Program-made: the position numbers and the translations under genes
Shown here: positions 24,801 to 39,206 of the stretch, piece by piece
How positions within the stretch are numbered: the stretch's first letter is position 1
Layout of the letters: each line of letters opens with the position of its first letter
Notes under the pieces: generated by a model
Database searches by the model: none
Seen by the model: only the letters and a program-made list of their open reading frames with translations
Told to the model about the DNA's origin: nothing
NCBI GenBank assembly: GCA_036172245.1
Contig: JAYWIR010000140.1
Location: forward strand, 1-64,000
Direction: 5' to 3'
DNA length: 64,000 bases
Origin: Raillietiella orientalis
Taxonomy: Eukaryota

Positions 24801-27780
24801 AACAGTCCGACATTTCATTTAGGGTTGGGCACTTTGCACGCCGTGTTGTTTTCATGGCAACCACTGTGGGAATTGAAATGCAAATTATTTAATTCGATCT
24901 GATTCACGGTATGGTATAAATTTACAACTTTTGCTGGTTTGTATTTAATTCGAAGTGAGGAGATTTCACCATGCACTGTGGCGGTTTTTCACGAAACATC
25001 CGTTGGCAGCGCGACGAAATCTACCGGCAAGGATCACCACACTACCTTGCGATTTCCTACGTTTAGAGGTGGATGAAGAACAGTCCGACATTTCATTTAG
25101 GGCGGGGCACTTTGCACTCCGTGTTGTTTTCATGGCAACCAATGTCGGAGATAAAAAGTGAATTATTTAATTGGATCTGATTCACGGTATGGTACAAATT
25201 TACATCTTTTGCTGGTTTGTAATCAATTCGAAGTACGCAGATTTCACCATTGCACTTTTGCGCTTCTTCACGAAGCATCCGTTGGCAGCGCGACGCAATC
25301 TACAGGCATGGATCACCACTCTACCTTGCGATTTCCTACGTTTAGAGGTGGAAGAAGAACAGTCCGACATTTCATTTAGGGTTGGGCACTTTGCACGCCG
25401 TGTTGTTTTCATGGCAACCACTGTCGGAATTGAAATGCGGATTATTTAATTCGATCTGATTCACGGTATGGTATAAATTTACAACTTTTGCTGGTTTGTA
25501 ATCAATTCGAAGTGAGGAGATTTCACCATGCACTGTTGCGGTTTTCACGAAACATCCGTTGGCAGCCCGAGGCAATGTACCGTCATGGATAACCGCACCA
25601 CCTTGCGATTTCCTGGTATCAGAGGTGGCTTAAGAAAAGTCCGACATTTTATTAGGGTGGGACACTTTGCACTCCGTGTAGTTTTCATGGCAACCACTGT
25701 CGGAGATAAAAAGTGAATTACTAAATTGGATCTGATTCACGGTATGGTATAAATTTACATCTTTTGCTGGTTTGTAATCAATTCGAAGTACGCAGATTTC
25801 ACCATTGCACTTTTGCGCTTCTTCACGAAGCATCCGTTGGCAGCGCGAGAAAATCTACCGGCATGGATCACCACACTACCTTGCGATTTCCTGCGTTTAG
25901 AGGTGGATGAAGAACAGTCCGACATTTCAATAGGGCGGGGCACTTTGCACGCCGTGTTGTTTTCATGGCAACCACTGTCGGAATTGAAATGCGAATTATT
26001 TAATTCGATCTGATTCACGGTATGGTATAAATTTACAACTTTTGCTGGTTTGTAATCAATTCGAAGTGAGGAGATTTCACCATGCAATGTTGCGGTTTTT
26101 CACGAAACATCCGTTCGCAGCCCGAGCCAATGTACCATCATGGATATCCGCACCACCTTGCGATTTCCTGGTTTCAGAGATGGATTAAGAAAAGTCCGAC
26201 ATTTGATTAGGGTGGGACACTTTGCACTCCGTGTTGTTTTCATAGCAACCACTGTCGGAATTAGAAATTGAATAATTTAATTCGATCTGATTCATTTTAT
26301 GGTACAAATTTACATCTTTTGCTGGTTTGTAATCAATTCGAAGTAAGGAGATTTCACCATGCACTGTTGCGGTTTTTCACGAAACATCCGTTGGCAGCCC
26401 GAGGCAATCTACCGTCATGGATAACCCCACCACCTTGCGATTTCCTGGTTTCAGAGGTGGATTAAGAAAAGTCCGACATTTGATTAGGGTGGGACACTTT
26501 GCACCCCGTGTTGTTTTGATGGCAACCACAGACGGAGATAAAAAGTGAATTATTTAATTGGATCTGATTCACGGTATGGTACAAATTTACATCTTTTGCT
26601 GGTTTGTAATCAATTCGAAGTACGCAGATTTCACCATTGCACTTTTGCGCTTCTTCACGAAGCATCCCTTGGCAGCGCGACGAAATCTACCGGCATGGAT
26701 CACCACACTACCTTGCGATTTCCTACGTTTAGAGGTGGATGAAGAACAGTCCGACATTTCATTTAGGGTTGGGCACTTTGCACGCCGTGTTGTTTTCATG
26801 GCAACCACTGTCGGAATTCAAAAGCGAATTATTTAATTCGATCTGATTCACGGTATGGTATAAATTTACAACTTTTGCTGGTTTGTAATCAATTTGAAGT
26901 TAGGAGATTTCACCATGCACTGTGGCGGTTTTTCACGAAACATCCGTTGGCAGCGCGACGAAATCTACCGGCAAGGATCACCACACTACCTTGCGAATTC
27001 CTACGTTTAGAGGTGGATGAAGAACATTCCGACATTTCATTTTGGGCGGGGCACTTTGCACGCCGTGTTGTTTTCATAGCAACCACTGTCGGAATTGAAA
27101 AGCGAATTATTTAATTCGATCTGATTCACGGTATGGTACAAATTTACAACTTTTGCTGGTTTGTAATCAATTCGAAGTGAGGAGTTTTTACCATGCACTG
27201 TTGCGGTTTTTCACGAAACATCCGTTGGCAGCCCGAGGCAATCTACCGTCATGGATAACCGCACCACCTTGCGATTTCCTGGTTTCAGAGGTGGATTAAG
27301 AAAAGTCCGACATTTGATTAGGGTGGGACACTTTGCACTTCGTGTTGTTTTGATAACAACCACTGTCGGAGATAAAAAGTGAATTATTAAATTGGATCTG
27401 ATTCACGGTATGGTAGAAATTTACATCTTTTGCTGGCTTGTAATCAATTCCAAGTACGGAGATTTCAGCATTGCACTTTTGCGCTTCTTCACGAAGCATC
27501 CGTTGGCAGCGCGACGAAATCTACCGGCAAGGATCACCACACTACCTTGCGATTTCCTACGTTTAGAGGTGGATGAAGAACATTCCGACATTTCATTTAG
27601 GGCGGGGCACTTTGCACGCCGTGTTGTTTTCATGGCAACCACTGTCGGAATTGAAATGCGAATTATTTAATTCGATCTGATTCACGGTATGGTATAAATT
27701 TACAACATTTGCTGGTTTGTAATCAATTCGAAGTGAGGTGATTTCACCATGCACTGTTGCGGTTTTTCACGAAACATCCG
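18850..27780. repeat. 14-monomer higher-order repeat (3891 bp period, about 2.3 copies)
   Basis: Near-identical ORF translations are offset by 3891 (21064/24955, 21267/25158, 22377/26268, 23405/27296) and by 3884 across a 7-bp deletion (19100/22984, 19521/23405). Confidence 0.9.
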
Positions 27781-29559
27781 TTGGCAGCCCGAGGCAATCT
27801 ACCGTCATGGATAACCGCACCACCTTGCGATTTCCTGGATTCAGAGGTGGATTAAAAAAAGTCCGACATCTGATTAGGGTGGGACACTTTGCACTCCGTG
27901 TTGTTTTCATGGCAACCACTGTCGGAGATAAAAAGTGAATTATAATTTCTGATTCACGGTATGGTATAAATTTACATCTTTTGCTGGTTTGTAATCAATT
28001 CGAAGTACGGAGATTTCACCATTGCACTTTTGCGCTTCTTCACGAAGCATCCGTTGGCAGCGCGAGGAAATCTACCGGCATGGATCACCACACTACCTTG
28101 CGATTTCCTGCGTTTAGAGGTGGATGAAGAACAGTCCGACATTTCATTAGGGTGGGGCACTTTGCACGCCGTGTTGTTTTCATGGCAACCACTGTGGGAA
28201 TTGAAATGCAAATTATTTAATTCGATCTGATTCACGGTATGGTATAAATTTACAACTTTTGCTGGTTTGTATTTAATTCGAAGTGAGGAGATTTCACCAT
28301 GCACTGTGGCGGTTTTTCACGAAACATCCGTTGGCAGCGCGACGAAATCTACCGGCAAGGATGACCACACTACCTTGCGATTTCCTACGTTTAGAGGTGG
28401 ATGAAGAACATTCCGACATTTCATTTAGGGCGGGGCACTTTGCACTCCGTGTTGTTTTCATGGCAACCAATGTCGGAGATAAAAAGTGAATTATTTAATT
28501 GGATCTGATTCACGGTATGGTACAAATTTACATCTTTTGCTGGTTTGTAATCAATTCGAAGTACGCAGATTTCACCATTGCACTTTTGCGCTTCTTCACG
28601 AAGCATCCTTTGGCAGCGCGACGAAATCTACCGGCATGGATCACCCCACTTCCTTGCGATTTCCTACGTTTAGAGGTGGATGAAGAACAGTCCGACATTT
28701 CATTTAGGGTTGGGCACTTTGCACGCCGTGTTGTTTTCATGGCAACCACTGTCGGAATTGAAATGCGGATTATTTAATTCGATCTGATTCACGGTATGGT
28801 ATAAATTTACAACTTTTGCTGGTTTGTAATCAATTCGAAGTGAGGAGATTTCACCATGCACTGTTGCGGTTTTCACGAAACATCCGTTGGCAGCCCGAGG
28901 CAATGTACCGTCATGGATAACCGCACCACCTTGCGATTTCCTGGTATCAGAGGTGGCTTAAGAAAAGTCCGACATTTTATTAGGGTGGGACACTTTGCAC
29001 TCCGTGTAGTTTTCATGGCAACCACTGTCGGAGATAAAAATTGAATTACTAAATTGGATCTGATTCACGGTATGGTATAAATTTACATCTTTTGCTGGTT
29101 TGTAATCAATTCGAAGTACGCAGATTTCACCATTGCACTTTTGCGCTTCTTCACGAAGCATCCGTTGGCAGCGCGAGAAAATCTACCGGCATGGATCACC
29201 ACACTACCTTGCGATTTCCTGCGTTTAGAGGTGGATGAAGAACAGTCCGACATTTCAATAGGGCGGGGCACTTTGCACGCCGTGTTGTTTTCATGGCAAC
29301 CACTGTCGGAATTGAAATGCGAATTATTTAATTCGATCTGATTCACGGTATGGTATAAATTTACAACTTTTGCTGGTTTGTAATCAATTCGAAGTGAGGA
29401 GATTTCACCATGCAATGTTGCGGTTTTTCACGAAACATCCGTTCGCAGCCCGAGCCAATGTACCATCATGGATATCCGCACCACCTTGCGATTTCCTGGT
29501 TTCAGAGGTGGATTAAGAAAAGTCCGACATTTGATTAGGGTGGGACACTTTGCACTCCG

Positions 29560-32520
29560 TGTTGTTTTGATGGCAACCACTGTCGGAGATAAAAAGTGAA
29601 TTATTTAATTGGATCTGATTCACGGTATGGTACAAATTTACATCTTTTGCTGGTTTGTAATCAATTCGAAGTACGCAGATTTCACCATTGCACTTTTGCG
29701 CTTCTTCACGAAGCATCCTTTGGCAGCGCGACGAAATCTACCGGCATGGATCACCACACTACCTTGCGATTTCCTACGTTTAGAGGTGGATGAAGAACAG
29801 TCCGACATTTCATTTAGGGTTGGGCACTTTGCACGCCGTGTTGTTTTCATGGCAACCACTGTCGGAATTGAAATGCGAATTATTTAATTCGATCTGATTC
29901 ACGGTATGGTATAAATTTACAACTTTTGCTGGTTTGTAATCAATTTGAAGTGAGGAGATTTCACCATGCACTGTGGCGGTTTTTCGCGAAACATCCGTTG
30001 GCAGCGCGACGAAGTCTACCGGCAAGGATCACCACACTACCTTGCGATTTCCTACGTTTAGAGGTGGATGAAGAACAGTCCGACATTTCATTTAGGGTTG
30101 GGCACTTTGCACACCGTGTTGTTTTCATGGCAACCACTGTCGGAATTCTAATGCGAATTATTTAATTCGATCGGATTCACGGTATGGTACAAATTTACAA
30201 CTTTTGCTGGTTTGTAATCAATTCGAAGTGAGGAGTTTTTACCATGCACAGTTGCGGTTTTTCACGAAACATCCGTTGGCAGCCCGAGGGAATCTACCGT
30301 CATGGATAACCGCACCACCTTGGGATTTCCTGGATTCAGAGGTGGATTAAAAAAAGTCCGACATCTGATTAGGGTGGGACACTTTGCACTCCGTGTTGTT
30401 TTCATGGCAACCACTGTCGGAGATAAAAAGTGAATTATTAAATTTGATCTGATTCACGGTATGGTATAAAGTTACATCTTTTGCTGGTTTGTAATCAATT
30501 CGAAGTACGGAGATTTCACCATTGCACTTTTGCTCTTCTTCATGAAGCATCCGTTGGCAGCGCGAGGAAGTCTACCGGCATGGATCACCACACTACCTTG
30601 CGATTTCCTGCGTTTAGAGGTGGATGAAGAACAGTCCGAGATTTCATTAGGGCGGGGCACTTTGCACGCCGTGTTGTTTTCATGGCAACCACTGTCGGAA
30701 TTGAAATGCGAATTATTTAATTCGATCTGATTCACGGTATGGTATAAATTTAGAACTTTTGCTGGTTTGTAATCAATTCGAAGTACGCAGATTTCACCAT
30801 TGCACTTTTGCGCTTCTTCACGAAGCATCCGTTGGCAGCGCGAGGAAATCTACCGGCATGGATCACCACACTACCTTGCGATTTCCTGCGTTCAGAGATG
30901 GATGAAGAACAGTCCGACATTTCATTAGGGCGGGGCACTTTGCACTCCGTGTTGTTTTCATGGCAACCACTGTCGGAATTGAAATGCGAATTATTTAATT
31001 CGATCTGATTCACGGTATGGTATAAATTTACAACTTTTGCTGGTTTGTAATCAATTCGAAGTGAGGAGATTTCACCATGCACTGTTGCGGTTTTTCACGA
31101 AACATCCGTTGGCAGCCCGAGGCAATCTACCGTCATGGATAACCCCACCACCTTGCGATTTCCTGGTTTCAGAGGTGGATTAAGAAAAGTCCGACATTTG
31201 ATTAGGGTGGGACACTTTGCACCCGTGTTGTTTTGATGGCAACCACAGTCGGAGATAAAAAGTGAATTATTTAATTGGATCTGATTCACGGTATGGTACA
31301 AATTTACATCTTTTGCTGGTTTGTAATCAATTCGAAGTACGCAGATTTCACCATTGCACTTTTGCGCTTCTTCACGAAGCATCCCTTGGCAGCGCGACGA
31401 AATCTACCGGCATAGATCACCACACTACCTTGCGATTTCCTACGTTTAGAGGTGGATGAAGAACAGTCCGACATTTCATTTAGGGTTGGGCACTTTGCAC
31501 GCCGTGTTGTTTTCATGGCAACCACTGTCGGAATTGAAATGCGAATTATTTAATTCGATCTGATTCACGGTATGGTATAAATTTGCATTTTTTGCTGGTT
31601 TGTAATCAATTTGAAGTGAGGAGATTTCACCATGCACTGTGGCGGTTTTTCACGAAACATCCGTTGGCAGCGCGACGAAGTCTACCGGCAAGGATCACCA
31701 CACTACCTTGCGATTTCCTACGTTTAGAGGTGGATGAAGAACAGTCCGACATTTCATTTAGGGTTGGGCACTTTGCACACCGTGTTGTTTTCATGGCAAC
31801 CACTGTCGGAACTGAAATGCGAATTATTTAATACGATCGGATTCACGGTATGGTACAAATTTACAACTTTTGCTGGTTTGTAATCAATTCGAAGTGAGGA
31901 GTTTTTACCATGCACTGTTGCGGTTTTTCACGAAACATCCGTTGGCAGCCCGAAGGAATCTACCGTCATGGATAACCGCACCACCTTGGGATTTCCTGGA
32001 TTCAGAGGTGGATTAAAAAAAGTCCGACATCTGATTAGGGTGGGACACTTTGCACTCCGTGTTGTTTTCATGGCAACCACTGTCGGAGATAAAAAGTGAA
32101 TTATTAAATTGGATCTGATTCACGGTATGGTATAAATTTACATCTTTTGCTGGTTTGTAATCAATTCGAAGTACGGAGATTTCACCATTGCACTTTTGCG
32201 CTTCTTCATGAAGCATCCGTTGGCAGCGCGAGGAAGTCTACCGGCATGGATCACCACACTACCTTGCGATTTCCTGCGTTTAGAGGTGGATGAAGAACAG
32301 TCCGAGATTTCATTAGGGCGGGGCACTTTGCACGCCGTGTTGTTTTCATGGCAACCACTGTCGGAATTGAAATGCGAATTATTTAATTCGATCTGATTAA
32401 CGGTATGGTATAAATTTAGAACTTTTGCTGGTTTGTAATCAATTCGAAGTACGCAGATTTCACCATTGCACTTTTGCGCTTCTTCACGAAGCATCCGTTG
32501 GCAGCGCGAGGAAATCTACC
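29560..32520. repeat. 6-monomer duplication (1666 bp offset)
   Basis: ORF pairs 29596/31262, 30347/32013 and 30472/32138. Shared rare variants: 'gcacaccgtg' (about 30109/31775), 'gatcggattc' (about 30169/31835), 'ccgagatttc' (about 30636/32302). Confidence 0.85.
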
Positions 32521-33469
32521 GTCATGGATAACCGCACCACCTTGCGATTTCCTGGTTTCAGAGGTGGATTAAGAAAAGTGCGACATTTGATTAGGGTGGG
32601 ACACTTTGCACTCCGTGTTGTTTTGATGGCAACCACTGTCGGAGATAAAAAGTGAATTATTAAATTGGATCTGATTCACGGTATGGTATAAATTTACATC
32701 TTTTGCTGGTTTGTAATCAATTCGAAGTACGGAGATTTCACCATTGCACTTTTGCGCTTCTTCACGAAGCATCCGTTGGCAGCGCGAGGAAATCTACCAA
32801 CATGGATCACCACACTACCTTGCGATTTCCTGCGTTCAGAGATGGATGAAGAACAGTCCGACATTTCATTAGGGCGGGGCACTTTGCACTCCGTGTTGTT
32901 TTCATGGCAACCACTGTCGGAATTGAAATGCGAATTATTTAATTCGATCTGATTCACGGTATGGTATAAATTTACAACTTTTGCTGGTTTGTAATCAATT
33001 CGAAGTGAGGAGATTTCACCATGCACTGTTGCGGTTTTTCACGAAACATCCGTTCGCAGTCCGAGGCAATGTACCGTCATGGATAACCGCACCACCTTGC
33101 GATTTCCTGGTTTCAGAGGTGGATTAAGAAAAGTCCGACATTTGATTAGGGTGGGACACTATGCACTCCGTGTTGTTTTGATGGCAACCACTGTCGGACA
33201 TAAAAAGTGAATTATTAAATTGGATCTGATTCACGGTATGGTATAAATTTACATCTTTTGCTGGTTTGTAATCAATTCGTAGTACGGAGATTTCACCATT
33301 GCACTATTGCGCTTTTTCACGAAACATACGTTGGCAGTGCGAGGCAATCTACCGTCATGGATATCCGCAACACCTTGCGATTTCCTGTTTTCAAAGGTGG
33401 ATTAAGAAAAGTCCGACATTTGATTAGGGTGGTACACTTTGCACTCCGTATTGTTTTCATAGCAACCAC

Positions 33470-35138
33470 TGTCGGAATTAGAAATTGAATAATTTAATTC
33501 GATCTGATTCATTTTATGGTACAAATTTACATCTTTTGCTGGTTTGTAATCAATTCGAAGTGAGGAGATTTCACCATGCACTGTTGCGGTTTTTCACGAA
33601 ACATCCGTTGGCAGCCCGAGGCAATCTACCGTCATGGATAACCCCACCACCTTGCGATTTCCTGGTTTCAGAGGTGGATTAAGAAAAGTCCGACATTTGA
33701 TTAGGGTGGGACACTTTGCACTCCGTGTTGTTTTGATGGCAACCACAGACGGAGATAAAAAGTGAATTATTTAATTGGATCTGATTCACGGTATGGTACA
33801 AATTTACATCTTTTGCTGGTTTGTAATCAATTCGAAGTACGCAGATTTCACCACTGCACTTTTGCGCTTCTTCACGAAGCGTCCCTTGGCAGCGCGACGA
33901 AATCTACCGGCATGGATCACCACACTACCTTGCGATTTCCTACGTTTAGAGGTGGATGAAGAACAGTCCGACATTTCATTTAGGGTTGGGCACTTTGCAC
34001 GCCCTGTTGTTTTCATGGCAACCACTGTCGGAATTGAAATGCGAATTATTTAATTCGATCTGATTCACGGTATGGTATAAATTTACAACTTTTCTGGTTT
34101 GTAATCAATTCGAAGTGAGGAGATTTCACCATGCACTGTTGCGGTTTTTCACGAAACATCCGTTGGCAGCCCGAGGCAATGTACCATCATGGATAACCGC
34201 ACCACCTTGCGATTTCCTGGTTTCAGAGGTGGATTAAGAAAAGTCCGACATTTGATTGGGGTGGGACACTTTGCACTCCGTGTTGTTTTCATGGCAACCA
34301 CTGTCGGAATTAGAAATTAAATAATTTAATTCGATCTGATTCATTTTATGGTACAAATTTACATCTTTTGCTGGTTTGTAATCAATTCGAAGTGAGGAGA
34401 TTTCACCATGCACTGTTGCGGTTTTTCACGAAACATCCGTTGGCAGCCCGAGGCAATCTACCGTCATGGATAACCCCACCACCTTGCGATTTCCTGGTTT
34501 CAGAGGTGGATTAAGAAAAGTCCGACATTTGATTAGGGTGGGACACTTTGCACTCCGTGTTGTTTTGATGGCAACCACAGACGGAGATAAAAAGTGAATT
34601 ATTTAATTGGATCTGATTCACGGTATGGTACAAATTTACATCTTTTGCTGGTTTGTAATCAATTCGAAGTACGCAGATTTCACCATTGCACTTTTGCGCT
34701 TCTTCACGAAGCATCCCTTGGCAGCGCGACGAAATCTACCGGCATGGATCACCACACTACCTTGCGATTTCCTACGTTTAGAGGTGGATGAAGAACAGTC
34801 CGACATTTCATTTAGGGTTGGGCACTTTGCACGCCCTGTTGTTTTCATGGCAACCACTGTCGGAATTGAAATGCGAATTATTTAATTCGATCTGATTCAC
34901 GGTATGGTATAAATTTACAACTTTTCTGGTTTGTAATCAATTCGAAGTGAGGAGATTTCACCATGCACTGTTGCGGTTTTTCACGAAACATCCGTTGGCA
35001 GCCCGAGGCAATGTACCATCATGGATAACCGCACCACCTTGCGATTTCCTGGTTTCAGAGGTGGATTAAGAAAAGTCCGACATTTGATTGGGGTGGGACA
35101 CTTTGCACTCCGTGTTGTTTTCATGGCAACCACTGTCG
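33470..35138. repeat. 3-monomer tandem duplication (832 bp x 2)
   Basis: ORF pairs 33762/34594 and 33775/34607. Shared rare variants: 'acgccctgtt', the 1-bp deletion in 'acaacttttctgg', and 'tttgattgggg'. Confidence 0.88.
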
Positions 35139-35149
35139 GAGATAAAAAG

Positions 35150-38100
35150 TGAATTATTAAATTGGATCTGATTCACGGTATGGTATAAATTTACATCTTT
35201 TGCTGGTTTGTAATCAATTCGAAGTACGCAGATTTCACCATTGCACTTTTGCGCTTCTTCACGAAGCATCCGTTGGCAGCGCGAGGAAATCTACCGGCAT
35301 GGATCACCACACTACCTTGCGATTTCCTGCGTTTAGAGGTGGATGAAAAACAGTCCGACATTTCATTAGGGCGGGGCACTTTGCACGCCGTGTTGTTTTC
35401 ATGGCAACCACTGTCGGAATTGAAATGCGAATTATTTAATTCGATCTGATTCACGGTATGGTAAAAATATAGAACTTTTGCTGGTTTGTAATCAATTCCA
35501 AGTGAGGAGATTTCACCATGCACTGTTGCGGTTTTTCACGAAACATCCGTTCGCAGTCCGAGGCAATGTACCATCATGGATATCCGCACCACCTTGCTAT
35601 TTCCTGGTTTCAGAGGTGGATTAAGAAAATTCCGACATTTGATTAGGGTGGGACACTTTGCACTCCGTGTTGTTTTGATGGCAACCACTGTCGGAGATAA
35701 AAAGCGAATTATTTAATTGGATCTGATTCACGGTATGGTACAACTTTACATCTTTTGCTGGTTTGTAATCAATTCGAAGTACGCAGATTTCACCATTGCA
35801 CTTTTGCGCTTCTTCACGAAGCATCCGTTGGCAGCGCGACGAAATCTACCGGCATGGATCACCACACTACCTTGCGATTTCCTACGTTTAGAGGTGGATG
35901 AAGAACAGTCCGACATTTCATTTAGGGTTGGGCACTTTGCACGCCGTGTTGTTTTCATGGCAACCACTGTCGGAATTTAAATGCGAATTATTTAATTCGA
36001 TCTGATTCACGGTATGGTATAAATTTACAACTTTTGCTGGTTAGTATTTAATTCGAAGTGAGGAGATTTCACCGTGCACTGTGGCGGTTTTTCACGAAAC
36101 ATCCGTTGGCAGCGCGACGAAATCTACCGGCAAGGATCACCACACTACCTTGCGATTTCCTACGTTTAGAGGTGGATGAAGAACATTCCGACATTTCATT
36201 TAGGGCGGGGCACTTTGCACTCCGTGTTGTTTTCATGGCAACCAAAGTCGGAGATAAAAAGTGAATTATTAAATTGGATCTGATTCACGGTATGGTATAC
36301 ATTTACATCTTTTGCTGGTTTGTAATCAATTCGAAGTACAGAGATTTCACCATGCACTGTTGCGCTTTTTCACGAAACATACGTTGGCAGTGCGAGGCAA
36401 TCTACCGTCATAGATAACCGCACAACCTTCCGATTTCCTGGTTTCAGAGGTGGATTAACAAAAGTCCGACATCTGATTAGGGTGGGACACTTTGCACTCC
36501 GTGTTGTTTTCATGGCAACCACTGTCGGAGATAAAAAGTGAATTATTAAATTGGATCTGGTTCACGGTATGGTATAAATTTACATCTTTTGCTGGTTTGT
36601 AATCAATTCGAAGTACGGAGATTTCACCATTGCACTTTTGCGCTTCTTCATGAAGCATCCGTTGGCAGCGCGAGGAAGTCTACCGGCATGGATCACCACA
36701 CTACCTTGAGATTTCCTACGTTTAGAGGTGGATGAAGAACAGTCCGACATTTCATTTAGGGTTGGGCACTTTGCACGCCGTGTTGTTTTCATGGCAACCA
36801 CTGTCGGAATTTAAATGCGAATTATTTAATTCGATCTGATTCACGGTATGGTATAAATTTACAACTTTTGCTGGTATGTAATCAATTCGAAGTGAGGAGA
36901 TTTCACCATGCACTGTTGCGGTTTTTTACGAAACATCCGTTGGCAGCCCGAGGGAATCTACCGTCATGGATAACCGCACCACCTTGGGATTTCCTGGATT
37001 CAGAGGTGGATTAAAAAAAGTCCGACATCTGATTAGGGTGGGACACTTTGCACTCCGTGTTGTTTTCATGGCAACCACTGTCGGAGATAAAAAGTGAATT
37101 ATTAAATTGGATCTGATTCACGGTATGGTATAAATTTACATCTTTTGCTGGTTTGTAATCAATTCGAAGTACGGAGATTTCACCATTGCACTTTTGCGCT
37201 TCTTCATGAAGCATCCGTTGGCAGCGCGAGGAAGTCTACCGGCATGGATCACCACACTACCTTGCGATTTCCTACGTTTAGAGGTGGATGAAGAACAGTC
37301 CGACATTTCATTTAGGGTTGGGCACTTTGCACGCCGTGTTGTTTTCATGGCAACCACTGTCGGAATTGAAATGCGAATTATTTAATTCGATCTGATTCAC
37401 GGTATGGTATAAATTTACAACTTTTGCTGGTATGTAATCAATTCGAAGTGAGGAGATTTCACCATGCACTGTTGCGGTTTTTTACGAAACATCCGTTGGC
37501 AGCCCGAGGGAATCTACCGTCATGGATAACCGCACCACCTTGGGATTTCCTGGATTCAGAGGTGGATTAAAAAAAGTCCGACATCTGATTAGGGTGGGAC
37601 ACTTTGCACTCCGTGTTGTTTTCATGGCAACCACTGTCGGAGATAAAAAGTGAATTATTAAATTGGATCTGATTCACGGTATGGTATAAATTTACATCTT
37701 TTGCTGGTTTGTAATCAATTCGAAGTACGCAGATTTCACCATTGCACTTTTGCGCTTCTTCATAAAGCATCCGTTGGCAGCGCGAGGAAATCAACCGGCA
37801 TGGATCACCACACTACCTTGCGATTTCCTGCGTTTAGAGGTGGATGAAAAACAGTCCGACATTTCATTAGGGCGGGGCACTTTGCACGCCGTGTTGTTTT
37901 CATGGCAACCACTGTCGGAATTGAAATGCGAATTATTTAATTCGATCTGATTCACGGTATGGTAAAAATATAGAACTTTTCCTGGTTTGTAATCAATTCC
38001 AAGTGAGGAGATTTCACCATGCACTGTTGCGGTTTTTCACGAAACATCCGTTCGCAGCCCGAGGCAATGTACCATCATGGATATCCGCACCACCTTGCTA

Positions 38101-39206
38101 TTTCCTGGTTTCAGAGGTGGATTAAGAAAATTCCGACATTTGATTAGGGTGGGACAATTTGCACTCCGTGTTGTTTTGATGGCAACCACTGTCGGAGATA
38201 AAAAGTGAATTATTTAATTGGATCTGATTCACGGTATGGTACAACTTTACATCTTTTGCTGGTTTGTAATCAATTCGAAGTACGCAGATTTCACCATTGC
38301 ACTTTTGCGCTTCTTCACGAAGCATCCGTTGGCAGCGCGACGAAATCTACCGGCATGGATCACCACACTACCTTGCGATTTCCTACGTTTAGAGGTGGAT
38401 GAAGAACAGTCCGACATTTCATTTAGGGTTGGGCACTTTGCACGCCGTGTTGTTTTCATGGCAACCACTGTCGGAATTTAAATGCGAATTATTTAATTCG
38501 ATCTGATTCACGGTATGGTATAAATTTACAACTTTTGCTGGTTTGTATTTAATTCGAAGTGAGGAGATTTCACCGTGCACTGTGGCGGTTTTTCACGAAA
38601 CATCCGTTGGCAGCGCGACGAAATCTACCGGCAAGGATCACCACACTACCTTGCGATTTCCTACGTTTAGAGGTGGATGAAGAACATTCCGACATTTCAT
38701 TTAGGGCGGGGCACTTTGCACTCCGTGTTGTTTTCATGGCAACCAATGTCGGAGATAAAAAGTGAATTATTAAATTGGATCTGATTCACGGTATGGTATA
38801 CATTTACATCTTTTGCTGGTTTGTAATCAATTCGAAGTACAGAGATTTCACCATGCACTGTTGCGCTTTTTCACGAAACATACGTTGGCAGTGCGAGGCA
38901 ATCTACCGTCATAGATAACCGCACAACCTTCCGATTTCCTGGTTTCAGAGGTGGATTAACAAAAGTCCGACATCTGATTAGGGTGGGACACTTTGCACTC
39001 CGTGTTGTTTTCATGGCAACCACTGTCGGAGATAAAAAGTGAATTATTAAATTGGATCTGGTTCACGGTATGGTATAAATTTACATCTTTTGCTGGTTTG
39101 TAATCAATTCGAAGTACGGAGATTTCACCATTGCACTTTTGCGCTTCTTCATGAAGCATCCGTTGGCAGCGCGAGGAAGTCTACCGGCATGGATCACCAC
39201 ACTACC
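35150..39206. repeat. 9-monomer-offset duplication (2501 bp) with an internal 2-monomer (556 bp) duplication at about 36460-37726
   Basis: ORF pairs 35621/38122, 36058/38559 and 36455/38956 give 2501; 36455/37011/37567 give 556. Shared variants: 'gtaaaaatatagaac' at 35461/37962 and 'gctggtatgta' at about 36870/37426. Confidence 0.88.
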
